NCBI RefSeq assembly: GCF_000018785.1
Contig: NC_010163.1
Location: 1,230,001 to 1,262,000 of the forward strand
From: Acholeplasma laidlawii PG-8A
GTDB lineage: Bacteria > Bacillota_I > Bacilli_A > Acholeplasmatales > Acholeplasmataceae
DNA: 32,000 nt
Reading direction: 5' to 3'
The notes under the pieces were generated by a model. The model searched no databases. It saw only the letters and a list, made by a program, of their open reading frames with translations, and was not told where the DNA came from. Below are positions 17,638 through 26,040 of the stretch, piece after piece. The stretch's first letter is position 1; each line of letters opens with the position of its first letter. Both the position numbers and the translations under genes were made by a program.

Positions 17638-18537
17638 TTATCCTAGTGCTATTTTTTTATTTAAAAACATGAGTGAGAGTACTGCCATTTGTACAAGTAA
17701 AACTCTGTACGTATCTGCAGATGTGTAACGTTCTATGAAATCATTATAGATTTTTAATTCGTGTTTAGTCTTTTTAGAAACAAGCTTTGAAAACCAGCCT
17801 TGGCCGTTTGCAGTGCCTAGAAGTTCCACTAAACTTGAATCTAAAACGATATAACCATCAAATGATTTTTTAATAAATCTTTTAGCAATCCTGGCAACCG
17901 GTATATGTTCACCACTACCAATTACACGGCCAGCCCCAGTTTTATCAATATCTTCCATAATGAGCATGCCAATATAATCTCTTAAGATACGGTATGCTGT
18001 GACTTCTGCTTCATTTATCTTATACAGATAAGTGTAATCAAATATAATTTCTACATGTTTATGTTTAAGTTCATCTAAAATGTATCTGTACATTTTAGGT
18101 GTATGTTTATCACTAAACTTAATCAATATTTTAAGTTTATATTTTCTAATGATTTTAATGTGTTCAGTTATTACTTCAACAATATGATTATAGTCATTTA
18201 CAGTTTCATCAAATACTGGAATGGTATATACATAATATGAAGCGTTAAACTTTTTAACACGTGTGACCGTTTCTTCTAGTAACTGATTATAAGGATCCAA
18301 TCCATCCATTTGATCCATATGAAAGGATGGTAAGAGTGGATCTACTGCTAAAACACGTATCTTTTCAAATTGTGGGTATATTAAATCTAGTTTATCTAAA
18401 GGCATTTCATAAATGGCTTTGCCACCAATACGTCTTAGCATATAGTGAGTTAATTTTAGTTTTTTAAATAAGTCTATTTGAGTTTCTATATCGGCTTGTT
18501 TATAATCTAGGAATGTGGATAGAATAGCTTTCATCAC
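17638..18537 (-). CDS. Uncharacterised protein, possible TIM-barrel (sugar phosphate isomerase-like)
   Basis: Alternating beta/alpha pattern (IRVLAVDPLLPSF, ASYYVYTIPVF, LKILIKFSD, VEIIFDYTYLY, IGMLIMEDIDKTG...); packed between the GH20-like gene and a TrmH-family gene. Confidence 0.4.
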   Translation of the reverse strand: MMKAILSTFLDYKQADIETQIDLFKKLKLTHYMLRRIGGKAIYEMPLDKLDLIYPQFEKIRVLAVDPLLPSFHMDQMDGLDPYNQLLEETVTRVKKFNASYYVYTIPVFDETVNDYNHIVEVITEHIKIIRKYKLKILIKFSDKHTPKMYRYILDELKHKHVEIIFDYTYLYKINEAEVTAYRILRDYIGMLIMEDIDKTGAGRVIGSGEHIPVARIAKRFIKKSFDGYIVLDSSLVELLGTANGQGWFSKLVSKKTKHELKIYNDFIERYTSADTYRVLLVQMAVLSLMFLNKKIALG

Positions 18538-19235
18538 TGTTTACTCCATTCATACATAAGTATGGAACCTGCAACTGTGACATTCAAACTTTCAACATGG
18601 TGTGTTTCAATATTTAATCTACCATCCAATAGTTCAATGGTTTTACTTCTTAAACCTTGTCCCTCATTACCTAATACTAAAATAAATGGTTTAGTTTTAT
18701 CTGGTTCTAACTCCGATTTATGCGCATCTGCACCAAATACTTGATAGCCATTTTGTTTTTTTAGCGTGATGAATTCATGAATATCCAGTCTTTCAATATA
18801 TAAGTCAAAAAGTGCACCACCAGATGCACGAATTGTTTTGTCATTATATAAGTCTGCAGTGTGATTTGAAAACACCACATGCATAAAGTTAAATGCAAGT
18901 GCACTTCTTAATATAGCACCGACATTATCTGGATTTTGAACATCATCTAAGACTAAGATTTGATTTGAAACAATAGGTGTTGAAACTTTTTTGCATACTG
19001 CAAAAACATCATACGATGTTTCAGTCACTTTCAGTTCTTTCATGAGCACTTCACTAATTAGGGTTCCCTCAATATTTGGGTTTGTTGTAACAATCTCTTC
19101 TACAACACCTTTTTTAAGTGCTAAATCAACAAAGGTTTGGCCATAAACTATATATTGATCCATTTGATCTCTATATTTTTTAGTTTTAAGCTTCATCCAT
19201 GATTTAAATTTCTTATTGTCTTTAGATTCTATCAT
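18534..19235 (-). CDS. TrmH/SpoU-family RNA 2'-O-methyltransferase
   Basis: LVLDDVQNPDNVGAILRSALAF, ILVLGNEGQGLRS, NVTVAGSILMYE SPOUT motifs. Confidence 0.9.
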   Translation of the reverse strand: MIESKDNKKFKSWMKLKTKKYRDQMDQYIVYGQTFVDLALKKGVVEEIVTTNPNIEGTLISEVLMKELKVTETSYDVFAVCKKVSTPIVSNQILVLDDVQNPDNVGAILRSALAFNFMHVVFSNHTADLYNDKTIRASGGALFDLYIERLDIHEFITLKKQNGYQVFGADAHKSELEPDKTKPFILVLGNEGQGLRSKTIELLDGRLNIETHHVESLNVTVAGSILMYEWSKQ

Positions 19236-19243
19236 GTAATAAA

Positions 19244-20482
19244 CTACTCCTGTGTATATGAACTTAATGCATCTTTCACATCAAAGCCGTGTAATGCGAT
19301 TTCAAAATCAGTGGTAGGGGTAATAATCATTGTTTGAACATTCTTAAGTGCATCTTCTAAGAGTTCTTTAAACTCAAATCTAGATTCTTCTTTCAATGCT
19401 TGGTCAATGGTTGGTTTAGTAACTGGGTTTCTTGGTACATAAATTGAGCAGCAATCATTAAACGGTAAAATAGATATATCATATGTATCTATTTTCTTAG
19501 ATATATTAATAATATCATTTTTGTCATAAGTAATAACCGGTCTTAAAATAGGTATAGAGGTTACATTTTCAATAACTTTAATACTACTTAAGGTTTGACT
19601 TGCTACCTGGCCAACGGATTCACCATTAATTAAGGTATCTAAACCATGTTGATTTGCATAGATTTCACCTAATCTGTAGAACATACGACGCATGATCGTA
19701 ATAATGTACGGATCTGCTACATAACTTAGTATCGCTTCATGTATTTTAGTAAACGGTACAAGATGTAGTTTAATCTTATTATATGGTGTATAGTATGCTA
19801 ATTTTTTTGCAATTTCTATAACCTTTTGAACAGATTCTAATGGTGTAAGTGGTGTGGATTCAAAGTGGAATAATTCCACATCAATGCCTTGCTTCATCAT
19901 AAGATGTGCCGCCACTGGGGAATCAATACCACCAGATAACATCACTAAGCCTTTACCACCTAAACCTATTGGAAAACCACCTAGTGCAGGTATTTTACCA
20001 ACATAGATATAAGTGCCTTCGCTTCTTAGTTCAATATCTAAAACTGTTTCAGGATTTCTCACTTCTACTTTTAACCCGTCAAATGATGGAAGTACGAGTG
20101 ATGCCACTTTTTGTGAGATTTCTAAAGATTTTAGTGGATAGTTTTTATCCGTTCTCTTCGTCTCTATTTTAAATGTTGTAGGAAGTTTAACTTCCTTTTG
20201 AATCACTTCTTTTGCAAGCTGTGCAATAGATTCAATATCTTTTGTTGTTTTGTAGATGTAACTAAATGAGTGTATACCGGATACATATCCTAGTTGTTTA
20301 ATCACTTCATCACTATCTACTTCATTAAAATGAACATATATACGATCATGTTGGAAAGTATACTCTACATTTACGTTTTTTAACTTACTTCTTATATTTT
20401 TTTTAATCTGGCCGATGAATTTAGGTTTGTTCTTACCTTTTAGTACTAAATCACCAAAGCGAATTAAAATTGCCTTTTCCAT
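19244..20482 (-). CDS. thiI: tRNA 4-thiouridine synthase ThiI
   Basis: RFGDLVLKGKN, THUMP region, PP-loop MLSGGIDSPVAAHLMMKQG, INGESVGQVASQTLSS. Confidence 0.95.
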   Translation of the reverse strand: MEKAILIRFGDLVLKGKNKPKFIGQIKKNIRSKLKNVNVEYTFQHDRIYVHFNEVDSDEVIKQLGYVSGIHSFSYIYKTTKDIESIAQLAKEVIQKEVKLPTTFKIETKRTDKNYPLKSLEISQKVASLVLPSFDGLKVEVRNPETVLDIELRSEGTYIYVGKIPALGGFPIGLGGKGLVMLSGGIDSPVAAHLMMKQGIDVELFHFESTPLTPLESVQKVIEIAKKLAYYTPYNKIKLHLVPFTKIHEAILSYVADPYIITIMRRMFYRLGEIYANQHGLDTLINGESVGQVASQTLSSIKVIENVTSIPILRPVITYDKNDIINISKKIDTYDISILPFNDCCSIYVPRNPVTKPTIDQALKEESRFEFKELLEDALKNVQTMIITPTTDFEIALHGFDVKDALSSYTQE

Positions 20483-20610
20483 AATATCACCATGTATTAT
20501 TATATCATTTAAAGTAGATAAACATTATGTCATAATTTGGATATTTGTTTCACTTAACATAAAAACTGATATAATATTTCATATTATAGACAAGAAGAGG
20601 TGTTTTAAAA

Positions 20611-21075
20611 ATGGATTATAAAGTATTGTTAGAAAGTGCTGAAGGCTTACTTTCAACCGAACCAACAAATCTTTCAATTTTAAGTAATGCATCAGCATTC
20701 TTAAATGATGCTATCCCTGATTTGAATTGGGTTGGCTTTTATATGTATAAAAATGGTATTTTAACACTTGGACCCTTCCAAGGTAAAGTTGCATGTAATT
20801 TAATTATGCCTGGTAAAGGTGTAGTCGGTACAAGTTACTCTAAAAATGAAGTGATTGTTGTTAAAAATGTGCATGAAATTGAAAATCATATCACTTGTGA
20901 TCCAATCTCTATGTCGGAAACTGTCATCCCAATTAGACATAACGGTGCTATTTGGGCTATACTAGATTTAGATAGTCCAGTTGAAAATAGATTTGATAAA
21001 GATCTCGTCGACTTTTTACAACAATTCGGTCTATTAATTGAAAATTATATTGACTTTAGTAAGGGTTTAATATAA
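20611..21075 (+). CDS. GAF-domain protein of the free methionine-(R)-sulfoxide reductase family
   Basis: LNWVGFYMYKNGILTLGPFQGKVACNLIMPGKGVVGTSYSKNEVIVVKNVHEIENHITCDPISMSETVIPI...LDLDSPVENRFD matches the fRMsr/YebR layout. Confidence 0.82.
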   Translation: MDYKVLLESAEGLLSTEPTNLSILSNASAFLNDAIPDLNWVGFYMYKNGILTLGPFQGKVACNLIMPGKGVVGTSYSKNEVIVVKNVHEIENHITCDPISMSETVIPIRHNGAIWAILDLDSPVENRFDKDLVDFLQQFGLLIENYIDFSKGLI

Positions 21076-21239
21076 AATAAGTAAGCGGTCAAAAGCAGGC
21101 CAAAAATAGGTTTATAAATATCCCTTCATTATATGGATGCACTAAGTAATTTTCTTCTGCTAGAAAGTGAAAAGGAATTTGCGGATTATATAGATTTATG
21201 ATGGTGTGTTTACCCAAAAATAAAAAGGAGGTAAATTCT
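21076..21239 (+). promoter_or_regulatory. Candidate structured leader of rpsD (possible S4 autoregulatory region)
   Basis: About 160 nt of non-coding sequence before rpsD; S4 leaders are common in Firmicutes. Structure not verified. Confidence 0.3.
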
Positions 21240-21836
21240 ATGTCACGTTTTACAGGATCAACTTGGAAAGTTTCTAGACGCTTAGGTTATTCAATATCTG
21301 AAACAGGTAAAGAATTAAAGAAAAGACCTTATGCACCTGGACAACACGGTCAAAGACGTTCCAAATTATCTAACTACGGCATTCAGTTACAAGAAAAACA
21401 AAAAGTACGTTTTGTTTATGGAGTAAGTGAAAAACAATTTAAGAAAACTTTCCTTGAATCTGCAAAGATGCAAGGTAAACAAGGTGAGAACTTCTTAAAA
21501 CTTTTAGAATCTAGATTAGATAACGTTGTGTATCGTTTAGGTTTTACAAAGACTCGTGCTCAAGCTAGACAATTAGTGAACCATGGTCATATCTTAGTTG
21601 ATGGAAAGAAAGTTGATATTCCATCATACAGATTAGCACCAGGACAAACAGTACAATTGAAAGAAAAGAGCAAGAACTTAACAATCGTTAAAGAAGCTTT
21701 AGAAGCTCAATTCGCACATGTTGACTATGTTGCATTAGATGCTAATGGTGTTGGAACATTCTCAAGACTACCAGAGAGAAACGAATTCTTATTCGATATT
21801 AACGAACAATTAATCGTTGAATTCTACAACAGATAA
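21240..21836 (+). CDS. rpsD: 30S ribosomal protein S4
   Basis: [37 protein letters not shown]...[42 protein letters not shown]; ATG at 21240 follows AAAGGAGG. Confidence 0.97.
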   Translation: MSRFTGSTWKVSRRLGYSISETGKELKKRPYAPGQHGQRRSKLSNYGIQLQEKQKVRFVYGVSEKQFKKTFLESAKMQGKQGENFLKLLESRLDNVVYRLGFTKTRAQARQLVNHGHILVDGKKVDIPSYRLAPGQTVQLKEKSKNLTIVKEALEAQFAHVDYVALDANGVGTFSRLPERNEFLFDINEQLIVEFYNR

Positions 21837-21851
21837 TAGGTTTACAAAAGT

Positions 21852-21880
21852 AAAGGACATTTTATTAAATGTCCTTTTTT
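21852..21880. terminator. Terminator between rpsD and the PIG-L gene
   Basis: AAAGGACATTT-loop-AAATGTCCTTTTTT. Confidence 0.8.
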
Positions 21881-21890
21881 CTTTTTCTAT

Positions 21891-22583
21891 TTAAAATGAT
21901 TGTTTGATAACCTTTTTAGTAAGTTCTTCTACGTTGAATGCTTCTGCATATTGTGTTCTAGCTTCACAACCTCTGACAATCATTAATGCTTCATAGTATC
22001 TCTTATATTCGAATGACTTAGAGTGAATCGCAAACCAGTGACTGTCGATTGCTTTTTGCCATAACTTATAACCAGCCTCAGATACATTTACATAGACATA
22101 AGGTTTAAAGTCAATTGGGTCTTCCCAGTTTTCTGCATAGTATGGTCCACTTGCATAGTGTGGTGGTAGGTCCGTTTCAAAACCTTTAATGCCTGCATAA
22201 AATTGAGCATCTTTAACAATATGATACGTTGCTTCATGATCTTTATGCATCGAATTTTTCCAGTGTGTAATTAAAACATCAGGCTTGTGTTCTCTAATCA
22301 GTTTTGCGACTTCAAATTTTACTTTATCATTGGTAAGTAGTTCACCATCACTATAAGGTAATACAACACTTATACCACCAAGCATGTCAGCAAAACTAAC
22401 CGCTTCACTTTCTTTTTGCTTTCTATATTCTTTAACACTTAAGTGTGGTGGGTTTCCTTTTTCTCCACCAGTAAGTGCAACAATAACTATCTTATGTCCT
22501 TCTAAACTCATTGTTGCAAGTGTGCCACCACAGGTGAGTTCCATATCCCCTATGTGGCCACCAATTGCCATAATCGTTTTCAT
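21891..22583 (-). CDS. PIG-L/LmbE-family deacetylase-like protein
   Basis: GGHIGDMELTCGGTLATMSLEGHKIVIVALTGGEKG...KPDVLITHWKNSMHKDHEATY follows the LmbE fold, with a variant AHPDD motif. Confidence 0.8.
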   Translation of the reverse strand: MKTIMAIGGHIGDMELTCGGTLATMSLEGHKIVIVALTGGEKGNPPHLSVKEYRKQKESEAVSFADMLGGISVVLPYSDGELLTNDKVKFEVAKLIREHKPDVLITHWKNSMHKDHEATYHIVKDAQFYAGIKGFETDLPPHYASGPYYAENWEDPIDFKPYVYVNVSEAGYKLWQKAIDSHWFAIHSKSFEYKRYYEALMIVRGCEARTQYAEAFNVEELTKKVIKQSF

Positions 22584-23561
22584 CTAAAAATCCACCTTTC
22601 TCATATCTATAAATGTTCTAACAATCTTAAAACCTTCTTTTTCATACATACGTCTAGCAGGATTGTTCTCACCTGTAAATAACGTCATGTAAGATGCGCC
22701 TAAATTCTTTAAGCCCATGACCAGTTTTGCAAATAAGGCTTTACCAAGGCCAAATCCCCTAAATTCAGAATGTGTTCCTATACCTGCAAAATACCCTCTC
22801 TTATTAGCCTCAACAATTAACGGTCCTGTAAATCCTATCACTCTATGATTAAATGTTGGTACTAGTAAAGTATTCTTATCTTTCATTTTCTCAACATGTA
22901 TGGTGACTGTTTTTTTCCATACAGGACTTCCTAAATCGTCTAATAATTCTACTAACCCATGATCTTTTTCAATATCATAGTAAGCAAACTTAACACCCTT
23001 TTCTTCTACACTTGAAATGACCTCACTTGTTTGATTACTAAATTCATAGTCTCTAATATCCATATAGTATGCATTTTGAACAGCAAAATCTATATAGTTC
23101 TTAGATTTAAAGAATAGGTAAGCAACTGAGTTTTGATCAATACCTGGAGCATTTGGATGTATTGCATCTGTGTTAGGGACAATCCAACTAAAGCCTACTG
23201 GATTAAAAAATACAATTTCAATTTTTTTCACCATAAGATCTTGTTTGATCAAAGTATCTTCTAGTGTTTTTAGCAACATTGAGCCTATGCCTTTTCTCAT
23301 ATGTTTTTCATCAACAATAATCATTGAAATATAAGATTTTTTAGTGTCTTTATCATAGGTACCACTAATAAATCCGGTAACTTGATCATTTTCTACTGCA
23401 ACAAAAGAATGAATATCATAGATTGAAGTGGATTCTAGGAACTTCATTCTAAACTGATCGATGTTTAGTTTTTCATATAGAAAGTCACCTCTATTTGTAG
23501 TTTTGTTAAATAGATTGAGTGCTTCACTTAAGTGTTTATCTTCCAACTTGGTAATATGCAT
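22584..23561 (-). CDS. Tandem GNAT-domain N-acetyltransferase
   Basis: Two acetyl-CoA binding patterns: MIIVDEKHMRKGIGSMLLKTLEDTL and FAGIGTHSEFRGFGLGKALFAKLVMGLKNLGASYMTLFTGENNPARRMYEKEGFK. Confidence 0.82.
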   Translation of the reverse strand: MHITKLEDKHLSEALNLFNKTTNRGDFLYEKLNIDQFRMKFLESTSIYDIHSFVAVENDQVTGFISGTYDKDTKKSYISMIIVDEKHMRKGIGSMLLKTLEDTLIKQDLMVKKIEIVFFNPVGFSWIVPNTDAIHPNAPGIDQNSVAYLFFKSKNYIDFAVQNAYYMDIRDYEFSNQTSEVISSVEEKGVKFAYYDIEKDHGLVELLDDLGSPVWKKTVTIHVEKMKDKNTLLVPTFNHRVIGFTGPLIVEANKRGYFAGIGTHSEFRGFGLGKALFAKLVMGLKNLGASYMTLFTGENNPARRMYEKEGFKIVRTFIDMRKVDF

Positions 23562-23643
23562 GTGTATCTCCTTATGAAGTTATGTATTGATTGATTCCTA
23601 TATTTATTTTATCATGTTATCTTAATAACACTACATAAACAAA

Positions 23644-23686
23644 AAAACTATAACTAGCAAATCATTTATGGACTAGTTATAGTTTT
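23644..23686. terminator. Terminator of the redox operon
   Basis: AAAACTATAACTAG-loop-CTAGTTATAGTTTT flanked by A- and T-runs. Confidence 0.78.
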
Positions 23687-23696
23687 TTTTATATGA

Positions 23697-24338
23697 TTAA
23701 ATTTTTTCTATTTCGTTTAAGAATGCTTCAATTGGTTGATTACCTAAGAATTCATACTTATCGTTAATAATAATCTTTGGTACACTGCTTACATTATATT
23801 TCATGGATAAATCACTAAAAGTTTGAGCTTCATAAGCATCTGCTGTAATATTAGGATTTGTCATTGCAAGTCTAAATGCACTTGATACTGCACCAGGACA
23901 ATGTGGACAACTTAATGTTACAAACACTTTAATGTTCACATCTTTGTCAATTTTGCTTAATCTTGCAAGTGTCTTTTCATCAAAGAATGGCTTAGTTGAA
24001 GCACTATCAATTAATGCTGAAATAAGTGAATTGATTTCATGACCTGCAGGTATACCATTGAATCTAAAGTTTCTAAAGTTATTGTTTTGATCTAGTATAA
24101 CAAATGTAGGTGCTAAGGTTACATTGTACTTTTCAGCTTCTACTTTATCGTCTTCTAGTGTTCTTTCAACAAAAGTAATCTTATCATTTAAAGCACTTAC
24201 TTCTTCTAGTAATTGTAAAGTTGGTTCACATGTTTCACAATCATGTGATGTGAATAAAATGACTTTGATTGGATTATCCATCATTTTTAATACTTCTTTA
24301 ATTTGTCCAGCTACATCTGGTGTTAATAAACTTTTCAT
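23697..24338 (-). CDS. Double thioredoxin-fold protein (PDO/AhpF-N-terminal-like) with CETC and CPHC centres
   Basis: VILFTSHDCETCEPTLQLLEEV and VKVFVTLSCPHCPGAVSSAFRLA...VSSVPKIIINDKYEFLG (cis-Pro VP). Confidence 0.82.
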   Translation of the reverse strand: MKSLLTPDVAGQIKEVLKMMDNPIKVILFTSHDCETCEPTLQLLEEVSALNDKITFVERTLEDDKVEAEKYNVTLAPTFVILDQNNNFRNFRFNGIPAGHEINSLISALIDSASTKPFFDEKTLARLSKIDKDVNIKVFVTLSCPHCPGAVSSAFRLAMTNPNITADAYEAQTFSDLSMKYNVSSVPKIIINDKYEFLGNQPIEAFLNEIEKI

Positions 24339-24342
24339 TTTG

Positions 24343-25311
24343 TTATTCTCCTTTGAATTTTAAATATTGGTTTGCATGTATAGCTGCTTTTGCACCTTCT
24401 GCTGCAGCTATGATAATTTGTTTGTGGGGTTGATCTACCATATCACCTGCTGCATATAGCCCAGGTATATTAGTTTCTTGTTTACTATTTACGATGACCT
24501 CATGATAGTCATTTAGTGTTACGAAGTCTTTAATAAACTTCGTGTTTGGTTTCATACCAATGGCAACAAATAAGCCATCTGCTTTAAAGTTTGAAGTTTG
24601 ATTGGTCTTCTTATCTAAAATGGTTAAACTATCTACTTGATTCCTACCATGTACTTCAAGTATTTGAGTTTCTAACATATAATCAATCTTGTCGTTTTTA
24701 TACATATTTTCGAGTAGTATTTTATCTGCTCTAAACTTTGATCTTTGAATAACTGTAACTTTTTTAGCCCATTTAGCTAAATCGAGTGCAGATTCTATTG
24801 CAGAGTTTCCACCACCTGCAACAACAACGTGTTTGTCCTTGTAAAATGGTGCATCACAGATCGCACAATAAGATATACCTTTCGCATCAAAGATATCTTC
24901 TCCTGGAATACCTAACTTTTTAGGTGTGCTTCCTGTTGAGAGTAAAACTGTTTTTGATTGAATGATATCACCATTGTTTAAATATATTTGAAATAAATTA
25001 TTATCTTTTGTGATTTTATCGACATAAATTTTATCTAAAACTGGAATTTCGAACTGTTTTACATGTGAGATAAACTTTTCAGTTAATCCACTACCTGTAT
25101 CATTTGGTAAACCTAAGTAGTTATCTACATCATTGGTATTTAGTAATTGACCACCTATATCATAAGTAATGATACCGGTTGTCATACCAAGACGATGTGC
25201 ATAAATGCTTGCATTTAATCCAGATGGACCACCACCAATAACAAGAAAGTCGTATATTAATTGTGTGTTGAATGTGTTATGAAGTTGTGTGTCTAAATTA
25301 AAGTTAAACAT
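24343..25311 (-). CDS. Thioredoxin reductase-like flavoprotein (TrxB/AhpF C-terminal type)
   Basis: FLVIGGGPSGLNASIYAHRLG, GISYCAICDAPFYKDKHVVVAGGGNSAIESALDLA, GLYAAGDMVDQPHKQIIIAAAEGAKAA. Confidence 0.88.
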   Translation of the reverse strand: MFNFNLDTQLHNTFNTQLIYDFLVIGGGPSGLNASIYAHRLGMTTGIITYDIGGQLLNTNDVDNYLGLPNDTGSGLTEKFISHVKQFEIPVLDKIYVDKITKDNNLFQIYLNNGDIIQSKTVLLSTGSTPKKLGIPGEDIFDAKGISYCAICDAPFYKDKHVVVAGGGNSAIESALDLAKWAKKVTVIQRSKFRADKILLENMYKNDKIDYMLETQILEVHGRNQVDSLTILDKKTNQTSNFKADGLFVAIGMKPNTKFIKDFVTLNDYHEVIVNSKQETNIPGLYAAGDMVDQPHKQIIIAAAEGAKAAIHANQYLKFKGE

Positions 25312-25333
25312 AAATAATTCTCCTTAATCTGCT

Positions 25334-25810
25334 CTAAAGTTTAATTTTACAAACACCTGAGTGTATTTGTCTAATCACTATACCTAAGCCTATGACAATA
25401 AGTACAAGTGACATGATTTTATATGGGAATCCTGCAAGTGGTAATGCAATGACACTAAAGCTAATGCCGATTGCTGCAAAAAATGCTATCACACAACTTG
25501 TACAACCATAGGTTAGTATACCAAATAATACCGATACAAACCCTAAATTTGATGCTTTAGATTCTCTACCCTTAATCTCTACCATTGCTGTGGATAAATT
25601 CATTAAAAGCGTTGATAGAATTGCCATGATAACATTCATGAAGATGTTAATCACTACAAGATACGTACCGAATTGGTTTGCCATGGCTTCATAGGACATA
25701 TTTAAGTAATCTACGATAAAATATATAAACAAGAACAACAATAGAAATATCATACCTTGAATCACATATTTTTTAGTTTTTAAAAGATCAAATGCTAGTT
25801 TTACCATCAT
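25334..25810 (-). CDS. Small integral membrane protein with intramembrane CTSC motif
   Basis: About four hydrophobic segments; FGILTYGCTSCVIAFFAAIGISF; C-terminal GVC. ATG at 25810 follows AAGGAG. Confidence 0.65.
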   Translation of the reverse strand: MMVKLAFDLLKTKKYVIQGMIFLLLFLFIYFIVDYLNMSYEAMANQFGTYLVVINIFMNVIMAILSTLLMNLSTAMVEIKGRESKASNLGFVSVLFGILTYGCTSCVIAFFAAIGISFSVIALPLAGFPYKIMSLVLIVIGLGIVIRQIHSGVCKIKL

Positions 25811-25836
25811 ATTCACTCCTTATTTGCAATTATAAT

Positions 25837-25854
25837 TATACCATGTGGGGTATA
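25837..25854. promoter_or_regulatory. Palindromic operator candidate 1 (redox operon)
   Basis: TATACC-ATGTGG-GGTATA, overlapping TATAAT (-10 candidate, 25835-25840) on the minus strand. Confidence 0.55.
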
Positions 25855-25935
25855 TTGATAAATTAATATGCTTTAAAGTGTTAAATATTAGGATTTTACC
25901 CACATTTATACTTTTTAATGCATTATTTGACCATT

Positions 25936-25953
25936 TATACCTATAAGGGTATA
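25936..25953. promoter_or_regulatory. Palindromic operator candidate 2 (redox operon)
   Basis: TATACC-TATAAG-GGTATA, same arms and spacing as site 1, overlapping a minus-strand TATAAA at 25934-25939. Confidence 0.5.
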
Positions 25954-26000
25954 CAGAATGTTAACCAGGTACATATGTTTCCTTTATTTTAGCATAATAA

Positions 26001-26027
26001 AAGGGTCATGGCGTTCATCCATGACCC
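26001..26027 (-). terminator. Terminator of the pgk-tpiA operon
   Basis: GGGTCATGG-CGTTCAT-CCATGACCC; on the minus strand followed by TTTTATTAT. Confidence 0.78.
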
Positions 26028-26040
26028 ACTTTAAGTTCAT

